From NCBI GenBank assembly GCA_965232345.1, contig OZ246969.1, positions 2,369,613 through 2,433,612 of the forward strand: a stretch of DNA of 64,000 bases. The letters are read 5' to 3'. Position 1 is the first letter of the stretch, and every line of letters starts with the position of its first letter. Of the stretch, positions 28,537 through 35,881 are shown in pieces. Source of the DNA: Arenicellales bacterium (GTDB taxonomy: Bacteria > Pseudomonadota > Gammaproteobacteria > Arenicellales > JAJDZL01). A model generated the notes under the pieces. That model was given only the letters and a program-made list of their open reading frames with translations. It ran no database searches and was not told the DNA's origin. Position numbers and translations under genes: made by a program.

Positions 28537-29868
28537 CTACCGCAGCAGCCACTCCGGCGCCGTGCGGCGCGGCGCCTGCGGTGTCGAGAGCGCCCGGTGC
28601 GCGGCCAGCACCTCAAGCACCGTGCCCGACACCGCCTGCCGCCGGGCCTGCAGCTCCCAGCCGGCCCGCTCGATCTCCCGCTCCAGCACACTCACCTGCG
28701 CGGCCACCGTGTCGGCGACACCGCCGCCGCGCTGGATGTGCGGCTCCATCAGTCCGCTCAGCAGGAGCCGGCGCGCCAGGAACGCCTGCTCCAGCGTCTC
28801 GGCCAGCGCCGCCTCATTGGCCAGCCGCCGGATCAGAAAATCTCGGTCCGGCAGATCGCGCAGCGCCTCGATGACCGGCGCGGCCAGCGCCACATCAGCG
28901 CCCGCGAAGGCCAGCTCTCCGGCCCCGCCCTCCGGGTCCGCTGAATACACGCGCTCGCGCAGCGTCTCAGCCAGGCTGTCTGTCAGCCGGTCAACCTGGG
29001 GCAGAAGCCCCTCGCCGACCACCGTCTCCACCGCCTCTCCAGCCTGGATGCGAAAATCGCCCAGCACTCTGACCACCCAGTGTCCGGCCGCTTCCGAGGT
29101 TGGCCAGGCGCGTCGCAGCGGCGAGTCCGGCCGCGCCTCATCCGAGCGCGGCGCGGCCTCCCGGCAGTCGCTCGGCGCATCCAGCAGCAGACACCAGCCG
29201 GCCTGCGCCGCATCCCGCAGCAGCCAGATCGGCGGCGCGCCCCGGCAGCCGGCTCTGCGGTTGCCAATCCAGGTCACGCAGCCGTCGCTCGCATCCGCGC
29301 TGCGCTTCGCGCTGGCCGCGCTCTCGCCGCGCCCGGCCTCCGTCTCCCAGACCTCGGTGCGCGCCGCCTCCAGCAGGTCCTGACGCGGGGTGGCCGGCCG
29401 CGCGGCGGCGTCGAAATCCCGGCGGCACTCCTCAACCGACCAGTTCCAGCGCTCCTCGGCGCGCACCAGATAATGCTGCAGCAGCTGGCAGGCGCCGGGC
29501 TTGGCGCGGCACAGGACAGACCCCGGCAATGCGCTGGTGACCGCCTGCGGCACCGCGCTCAGCGCGGTGAGCGAATCCTCAAGGCGCGCCGAAAGAATGT
29601 CCAGCACATCCACTGTGTGGCTGAAGCCGGCGCAGGCCGAGCCCAGCGGCGCCGCCGGCCCCTTGAGCGGCGCGGCGCCCCGGCGCTCCGATGCCGCAAT
29701 GTCGGTGGCGCGCCCGCCGCCCAGCAGATAGTAGAGCGCCAGATCATGCACCCGGTCGTCCGCGCCGCGGGCGCAGTCGGCCAGCCCAAGCCCAAGCGAG
29801 CCTGCGAATGCCGCCGCCACCGCCCGCCAGAGCGCGGTCCGCAGCAGGTATCTGAGAATTCGGTTCAT
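28537..29868 (-). CDS. integrating conjugative element protein, PFL_4711 (TIGR03755)-like
   Basis: From the ATG at 29868, preceded by GGGGGAGA: signal-peptide-like MNRILRYLLRTALWRAVAAAFAGSLGLGLA, then LALYYLLGGG. Size is about 443 aa and the position is between the TraU-like and TraG-like genes. Family call from memory. Confidence 0.55.
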   Translation of the reverse strand: MNRILRYLLRTALWRAVAAAFAGSLGLGLADCARGADDRVHDLALYYLLGGGRATDIAASERRGAAPLKGPAAPLGSACAGFSHTVDVLDILSARLEDSLTALSAVPQAVTSALPGSVLCRAKPGACQLLQHYLVRAEERWNWSVEECRRDFDAAARPATPRQDLLEAARTEVWETEAGRGESAASAKRSADASDGCVTWIGNRRAGCRGAPPIWLLRDAAQAGWCLLLDAPSDCREAAPRSDEARPDSPLRRAWPTSEAAGHWVVRVLGDFRIQAGEAVETVVGEGLLPQVDRLTDSLAETLRERVYSADPEGGAGELAFAGADVALAAPVIEALRDLPDRDFLIRRLANEAALAETLEQAFLARRLLLSGLMEPHIQRGGGVADTVAAQVSVLEREIERAGWELQARRQAVSGTVLEVLAAHRALSTPQAPRRTAPEWLLR

Positions 29869-30003
29869 TGTCTCCCCCTGTGCTGTCATTTGCGGACAGA
29901 CTAACACGCGCTGACCATGCTTCAGCGCGAATATCCATCCCCGCGCGCTGACATTTTTTTCAAGCTGTCCGTCACACGCGAAACCGGCGTCTTCGAAACT
30001 ATA

Positions 30004-31194
30004 ATGAACGCCTCTTCCCACACCTGCGTCCAGCCGCCGACTGCCGTGCCCGATGTATCCGCCACCGTCGATTTTGCCGCCGCGCTGATCCGCCGCGCGT
30101 CGGTCACCCCCTGCGACGGCGGCTGTCAGCCGCTGATCGCGCAGCGCCTTGCGCGGCTTGGATTCACCATCGAGTCATTCGACTGCGGCGAGGTCTCGAA
30201 TCTGTACGCGCGGCGCGGCGCCGGCAGCCCGCACCTGACGTTCATCGGACATACCGATGTGGTGCCGACCGGCGAGCCGGAAGGATGGCGCCACCCGCCG
30301 TTTGCCGCCGCGCTGGCGGACGGCTTTCTGCACGGCCGCGGCGCGGCGGACATGAAGGGCTCCATCGCCGCCATGGTCACCGCCTGCGAGCGCGCGCTGG
30401 CGCCCGGCGGCCGCGGCTTTCCAGGCAGCCTGTCATTTCTGCTGACCAGCGACGAGGAGGGGCCGGCGGTCGATGGCGTGCGCCACGCGCTGGCGCGGCT
30501 CGATGCGCGCGGCGAGCGGCTGCAGTACTGCCTGGTCGGCGAGCCGACCTCGGAGACCGCGCTCGGCGACACCATCAAGATCGGCCGCCGAGGCTCATTG
30601 ACCGGCGTCATCACGGTGCGCGGACGGCAGGGGCACGTGGCCTACCCGCACCTGGCCGACAATCCGGTGCACCGCAGCGGCGCGCTGATCTCAGCGCTGG
30701 CGGACCTGGCCTGGAACGACGGGGACGAGGTGTTCCCCGACACAACACTGCAGATCTCCAATGTGAATGCCGGTGTCGGCGCCGAGAATGTGATTCCGGG
30801 CGAGCTTGAACTCAATTTCAACATCCGCTTCTCGCCGGCGCAGACCGCCGCCGGACTGAGACGCGAGATCGAGCGGCTGTGCCGCAGCCTGCCGCTTGAC
30901 TGCGCGATCGAATGGCGTCCGCCTGCAGATCCCTATCGCAGCCGCGGCGCCGAGCTGGCGGCGCTGGTCTCGGCCGCCGTCGCGGATGTGACCGGCAGCG
31001 AGCCGTACCGCTCGACCGGCGGCGGCACCTCGGACGGCCGCTTCGCAGCCGCCACCGGCGCGCAAGTGGTCGAGTTCGGGCCGCTCAACGCAACCATTCA
31101 CCAAGTCAATGAGTGTGTCGGCATCCGCGATCTGGATCGGCTGTCCGAAATCTACCAGCGATTGATCGAGCGTCTGGCCGACGCATCTGCATGA
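30004..31194 (+). CDS. dapE: succinyl-diaminopimelate desuccinylase
   Basis: FIGHTDVVPTGEPEGWRHPPF, GRGAADMKGSIAAM, TSDEEGPAVDG and GGGTSDGRF. M20 peptidase of DapE type. 75/100 GC at 30301-30400. Start taken at 30004 (MNASSH). Confidence 0.85.
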   Translation: MNASSHTCVQPPTAVPDVSATVDFAAALIRRASVTPCDGGCQPLIAQRLARLGFTIESFDCGEVSNLYARRGAGSPHLTFIGHTDVVPTGEPEGWRHPPFAAALADGFLHGRGAADMKGSIAAMVTACERALAPGGRGFPGSLSFLLTSDEEGPAVDGVRHALARLDARGERLQYCLVGEPTSETALGDTIKIGRRGSLTGVITVRGRQGHVAYPHLADNPVHRSGALISALADLAWNDGDEVFPDTTLQISNVNAGVGAENVIPGELELNFNIRFSPAQTAAGLRREIERLCRSLPLDCAIEWRPPADPYRSRGAELAALVSAAVADVTGSEPYRSTGGGTSDGRFAAATGAQVVEFGPLNATIHQVNECVGIRDLDRLSEIYQRLIERLADASA

Positions 31195-32426
31195 GCCGAG
31201 CGGCTGATCACGCGCAGCTCATCGCATTGGGCCGTCAGTCCTATGCGCCGAACTACCGGCCGCGCGAGGTGGTGTTCGAGACCGCCCGCGGCTGCGAGCT
31301 GACCGACACCGCGGGCAAGACCTATCTTGACTTCGGCTCCGGCATCGGCGTCAACTGCCTGGGACATCAGCATCCGGCGATCGTTGATGCGATGAACCGC
31401 CAGGCTGGCCGCCTGTGGCACTCAAGCAATGTCTACTTCAACCGGCCGGCGATCCGCCTCGCGGCGCAGCTCATCGAGAGAACCTTCGCCGAGCGCGTGT
31501 TTTTCTGCAATTCCGGGGCGGAGGCCAACGAAGCCGCGATCAAGGTGGCGCGGCGCTACGGCTATGGTCAGGCCGGCGCCCGCAAACATGTCATCATCAC
31601 GCTGCAGGGATCCTTTCACGGACGCACTCTGGCGGCTGTGACCGCAACTGCCCAGCCGAAATATCACACCGGCTTCGGCCCGCTTCCAGCCGGCTTTCGC
31701 TACTGCGGTTTCAACGACATCGATCATCTTCGGTCACTTGCCGCCGACGATGTCTGTGCCATAATGCTGGAGCCGGTTCAGGGCGAGGGCGGCATCCGAC
31801 CGGTTTCTGACGAGTTTCTGAAAGCCGCCGCGCAGCTGTGCCGCACCCATGACGCGCTTCTCATCGCCGACGAGATCCAGTGCGGCATGGGACGGACCGG
31901 CAGACTGTTCGCTTATGAATGGGTGGCTGGCATCGCACCCGATATCGTTACCGCGGCCAAAGCGCTCGGCGCCGGTCTGCCGATTGGCGCCATGCTGCTC
32001 GGGCCGAAGCCGGCCGACACTCTGCGGCCCGGCAGCCACGGCTCCACTTTTGGTGGCAATCCGATTGCCTGCGAGGTCGCAGGCGCAGTGCTCGAGACAC
32101 TTCACGCGGACGGCATGCTGAGCGGCATCGTGCGGAAAGGTCAGGCTCTTCGGAACGGACTTGCCGCCATCAGCGAGCGCACCGGCGCCTTCGGTGAGAT
32201 CCGCAGCCGGGGCATGATGATCGGCGCCGAGCTCAGCGGCGGCTGCTCGGGGAAAGCGGGTCAGATACTCAACGACTGTCTCGCTGCCGGACTGCTAGTG
32301 CTGCAGGCCGGAGACAACGTAATCCGACTGCTGCCGGCCTATACCATCAGCGATGCTGAAATCCGGACCGGGCTCGCGCGTCTCGAGCGGGCGCTGGTGC
32401 GCGGCCTCGCGGACCGGCCGCAGTGA
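31191..32426 (+). CDS. argD: class III aminotransferase, ArgD type (acetylornithine / N-succinyl-diaminopimelate aminotransferase)
   Basis: DFGSGIGVNCLGHQHPAIVDAM, FFCNSGAEANEAAIKVAR, DEIQCGMGRTGRLFAYEW, TAAKALGAGLPIGA (PLP Lys). The start ATG at 31191 overlaps the dapE stop (ATGA). Confidence 0.85.
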   Translation: MSRAADHAQLIALGRQSYAPNYRPREVVFETARGCELTDTAGKTYLDFGSGIGVNCLGHQHPAIVDAMNRQAGRLWHSSNVYFNRPAIRLAAQLIERTFAERVFFCNSGAEANEAAIKVARRYGYGQAGARKHVIITLQGSFHGRTLAAVTATAQPKYHTGFGPLPAGFRYCGFNDIDHLRSLAADDVCAIMLEPVQGEGGIRPVSDEFLKAAAQLCRTHDALLIADEIQCGMGRTGRLFAYEWVAGIAPDIVTAAKALGAGLPIGAMLLGPKPADTLRPGSHGSTFGGNPIACEVAGAVLETLHADGMLSGIVRKGQALRNGLAAISERTGAFGEIRSRGMMIGAELSGGCSGKAGQILNDCLAAGLLVLQAGDNVIRLLPAYTISDAEIRTGLARLERALVRGLADRPQ

Positions 32427-32429
32427 GTG

Positions 32430-33536
32430 TCAGACGGTGACTCCGCCCAGCGGGTCCAGCGCCCGGCAGTCCTCGCTCTGCCAGCCGACTGAGACGGCCT
32501 GGCCGTATTCCAGATTGACATGACCGCTGGCGTTCGGAATCTTGATGATGAAGTCATCGTGCCCGCACAGGCTCACGCGGGTGCGCACATGATCTCCGAG
32601 GTAAATCACTTCCTCCACCTTGGCCTGCACTGAGTTGTCACAACTGCCGGATTCGGGGTTGACTGTGACGCGTTCCGGACGGAGTGACAGGGTGGTCGCC
32701 GAGCCGACGCCATCAATGTTGACCGCCTTGGCGGTGACGACCTCGCTGTTTCGCATCTCAACCGCGCATGCGCCATTGGAGACCTGGGCAACCTTGCCCT
32801 GTAGCACATTGTTCTCGCCGATGAACTGTGCAACGAATGAATTTTCCGGCTCCTCGTACAGAACGCCGGGTGCGGCCAGCTGCTGAATGATGCCGTCGTT
32901 GAACACCGCGATTCTATTGGACATGGTCAGCGCCTCACCCTGATCATGAGTCACATAGATGACCGTCACATTCAGGTTCTCGTGAATGTGCTTGATTTCG
33001 TACTGCATCTGCTCGCGCAGCTGCTTGTCCAGAGCGCCGAGCGGCTCGTCCATCAGAACCAGCTTGGGCCGAAACACCAAGGCTCTGGCCACCGCAACCC
33101 GCTGCTGCTGCCCGCCGGACAGCTGACCGGGCAGGCGGCCGCCGAATTCGTGCAGCTGCACCATGCCGAGCGCTTGCGTCACGCGTTCGTCTATCTCGGC
33201 GGCCGGCAGTTTCCGCACCCGCAGCGGAAATGCCAGATTCTCACTCACCGTCATGTGCGGGAACAGCGCGTAGTTCTGGAACACCATGCCAATCTCGCGC
33301 TTGTGCGGAGAGACATTGTTGATCGGCACGCCATCAAGAAAAATCTCGCCATGGGTCGCGGTCTCGAACCCCGCCAGCATCATCAGACAGGTGGTTTTTC
33401 CTGAGCCTGAGGGACCGAGCAGGGTAACGAACTCGCCCTGCTCCACTGCCAGATTCAGGTTCTTGACGACCAGTGTCTCGCCGTCGTAACTTTTCTGCAC
33501 ATCTGAGAATTGCACATATGAATTTATTGGATCCAT
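32430..33536 (-). CDS. ABC transporter ATP-binding subunit (PotA/UgpC-like, with a TOBE-like C-terminus); no permease or binding protein adjacent
   Basis: 368 aa. Walker A GPSGSGKTT, signature LSGGQQQRVAVARAL, Walker B LVLMDEPLGALD. 64/100 GC at 33001-33100. Confidence 0.85.
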   Translation of the reverse strand: MDPINSYVQFSDVQKSYDGETLVVKNLNLAVEQGEFVTLLGPSGSGKTTCLMMLAGFETATHGEIFLDGVPINNVSPHKREIGMVFQNYALFPHMTVSENLAFPLRVRKLPAAEIDERVTQALGMVQLHEFGGRLPGQLSGGQQQRVAVARALVFRPKLVLMDEPLGALDKQLREQMQYEIKHIHENLNVTVIYVTHDQGEALTMSNRIAVFNDGIIQQLAAPGVLYEEPENSFVAQFIGENNVLQGKVAQVSNGACAVEMRNSEVVTAKAVNIDGVGSATTLSLRPERVTVNPESGSCDNSVQAKVEEVIYLGDHVRTRVSLCGHDDFIIKIPNASGHVNLEYGQAVSVGWQSEDCRALDPLGGVTV

Positions 33537-33607
33537 TTCAACCGTAGCCTCGCTTGCTTTTGCTCAACAGTCAATATCTTGTTCAAGTATAGACGAATCA
33601 GGCGTGC

Positions 33608-34210
33608 TTACAGGAAAAATCTTTGCGCGACATCATGACCGCCTTCCCAAAGCATGGTCACTGCAACGAAAAAAATGATCAGCACACCCACATACTCAAT
33701 CCATTTGTACTTGTTGAGCAGGTTGGCGATCATTGTCGCGCCGACCACCATCAACACCACCGACAGCATCAGACCGAAGACCAGTATCACAAGGTGTTCC
33801 CGAGCGATGCTGGCCACCGCCAGGACGTTGTCGAGCGACATGGAGATATCCGCAACCAGAATTCGGAACAGAGCCTGGCGGAACGTGACGGACCCATCTG
33901 CAGAACTCGTTTCAGATTGAGCGTCAACCGAATGACGGCGATCACTTCGCATGTCTTTCCACAGCCGCCAGCAAACCCAGAGCAGCAGCAGTCCGCCAAT
34001 CAGCAGCAGTCCCGGAATCTTGAGCAGCTGCACCGTCAGCACTGCAAAAACAATTCTTGCAATGACCGCCAGCATGATGCCGATAGTGATGACCTTCCTG
34101 CGCTGTTCGCGAGGCAGACCGGCGGCCACCAGACCGATCGCGATCGCATTGTCGCCTGCAAATAGCAGATCGACCAGAATGACTTGCATCAGTGCGCTGA
34201 GTTCGCTCAT
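33608..34210 (-). CDS. TerC-family (YjbE-like) integral membrane protein
   Basis: 200 aa. LLFAGDNAIAIGL and ADISMSLDNVLAVA duplicated motifs typical of small TerC-family proteins. Multi-TM. Confidence 0.78.
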   Translation of the reverse strand: MSELSALMQVILVDLLFAGDNAIAIGLVAAGLPREQRRKVITIGIMLAVIARIVFAVLTVQLLKIPGLLLIGGLLLLWVCWRLWKDMRSDRRHSVDAQSETSSADGSVTFRQALFRILVADISMSLDNVLAVASIAREHLVILVFGLMLSVVLMVVGATMIANLLNKYKWIEYVGVLIIFFVAVTMLWEGGHDVAQRFFL

Positions 34211-34412
34211 GACAGAGATGTTGCTGAGGATGGGGAGTGTTCAAACCCGCAAAGTATAGCGTAAGCCGGATTGCAGAGCCGCAATGATCGTCCAACGATT
34301 TGCCTGCTGGCATGAACAGGCGCGCAGATGATTCCTTTCGCCGCTTCGGCTGCCCGCTTAAAACGAGGCGGCGAACTCGGGCATTGCAATAATGCCGCCG
34401 GCCGGGATTCTC

Positions 34413-35465
34413 TCAGAAGTCAAACGCTTTCAGGAGTACGCCGCCCGCTTTGACGCAGCACTTGTACTTAGCCCAGTAGTTCCACAGGTAGCGGCCGCTT
34501 TCGGAAATCTCCGGGTGCGGCCATTCCGGCTGTGCGCCGAAAGTCTCGCACCGTCTGGCATGGTGCGGCAGCAGCATCTGCCAACGGTCAGACTGCTCAT
34601 TTGCCGAGGGCAGCCACTGGTGCCAGACCTGCCGGACACATCTGCCTTCTTCGTTGAGCCGCGGCGTTCTTTGCCATCTGCCGCCGCTCAAATGACACAG
34701 CCGCGGATTCTCGGCTTTCACGTCGCCGCGAGTGACCCGCTGCTCCGGGTTTGCTGAGAATTTCCCAGTGACATGTCCGGTACTGTCTCGCAGGACGATG
34801 TCAACCGCCCTTTGACTGGATACTGCCGCGGCCTTGCCTGCATGAGCCTGCATGACAAAACCCGAACGCGGGTAGACTGAACCCCAGGTGAATTCCGGCC
34901 ACAAGCCGATTTCGCGAACACCTCGCTCCAACGCTTCAGACCGCTTGGCGTCTGGCATTCCGCTGCGCCAGGCAATCGCATCGCGCAAAGAGACAAAGTA
35001 GGGGAAAAACGGCTGACTGGCGCTTCGGCACAAAAATCGTCTGACTCCCGGAAGCCTCACAACTGGACTGCCGATCACATCAGATTCGAAATATTTCAAC
35101 TCATCGTGCAGCAGGCGCGATGCCCCGATGCCGCTGACGCTGCCACCGGACAGGGCTTCTTTCGAGTCGATCTGCATTGAGGCGATAATTCGTGCGGCAT
35201 CCTGCCACGGAGAGTGATTCGGTTCAGGATAGGCGGCGACCACCAGATCGGGCAGGCGATGCGAGATTCTCGGTGTCGTCACGATTCGGCAACCGAAAAT
35301 AGAGCACTTCAGCCATATGCAGACTCCCGAAATTTTCCACTCCAGGCAATCCTCGCTGACCGACCGGGCAATGATCTCTGCGGTTGAGATGGTCTCTTCG
35401 CCGCGGCTCTCGGACGACAGTCCGATGCCAAGAATTGCCAGCAGCGCGAATGCAAGTCTTACCAC
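34413..35465 (-). CDS. integrating conjugative element protein, PFL_4710 (TIGR03756, TraU-like)
   Basis: 350 aa. Signal peptide, then CLEWKISGVCIWLKCSIFGC, a Cys-rich TraU-like N-terminus. Gene order fits the family. Confidence 0.68.
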   Translation of the reverse strand: MVRLAFALLAILGIGLSSESRGEETISTAEIIARSVSEDCLEWKISGVCIWLKCSIFGCRIVTTPRISHRLPDLVVAAYPEPNHSPWQDAARIIASMQIDSKEALSGGSVSGIGASRLLHDELKYFESDVIGSPVVRLPGVRRFLCRSASQPFFPYFVSLRDAIAWRSGMPDAKRSEALERGVREIGLWPEFTWGSVYPRSGFVMQAHAGKAAAVSSQRAVDIVLRDSTGHVTGKFSANPEQRVTRGDVKAENPRLCHLSGGRWQRTPRLNEEGRCVRQVWHQWLPSANEQSDRWQMLLPHHARRCETFGAQPEWPHPEISESGRYLWNYWAKYKCCVKAGGVLLKAFDF

Positions 35466-35881
35466 GACGCCGCCCGCCAGGCTGTCAAGATTGCCTGTAT
35501 GTCTGCGCTGCCATAGATCACCATGCTCTCGTCCACAACAGCGGCTGGATACCTCTTGATGCCGAACCGGTCAATGAGCGCAACAAGTTCCGACTCAGCC
35601 CGCAACGCGGTTTTGATTCTGTTAAAGTTCTGTTCGATGCGCTGCGCGGCCTGGCGCCTGGCGACTGATTCGCGAGCCGCAAGTTCATGGCTGAGAAATC
35701 GGGCGACCGACCCCACACTTCGGACATCATGAATCCAGATCTTGATTGACGGGTGGCCGGCGACAGAGGCTGTGCCGTTCACAAATAGCCGGATCGAATC
35801 CGGCAGGACAGAAGCCTGACTGAAGGCTGGAGCCAATCCCAGAATGAACCCTGCAATGAAACTGCGATACACTGCGATCAT
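35459..35881 (-). CDS. integrating conjugative element protein, PFL_4709 (TIGR03757/DUF1525)-like
   Basis: 140 aa. Signal peptide, and C-terminal GIKRYPAAVVDESMVIYGSADIQAIL resembling the family signature. Overlaps both neighbours. Confidence 0.58.
   Translation of the reverse strand: MIAVYRSFIAGFILGLAPAFSQASVLPDSIRLFVNGTASVAGHPSIKIWIHDVRSVGSVARFLSHELAARESVARRQAAQRIEQNFNRIKTALRAESELVALIDRFGIKRYPAAVVDESMVIYGSADIQAILTAWRAASW

Noticed and set aside
28223-29383. 386-aa + strand ORF (also 27443-28156, 29080-29904, 28527-28874 and others) antisense to the TraG-like and PFL_4711-like genes
   Set aside because: The translations are low-complexity and Arg/Ala/Pro/Ser-rich, with no motifs. Long stop-free antisense frames are expected at 70-80% GC. 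The minus-strand genes have signal peptides, TM segments, an RBS and family synteny.
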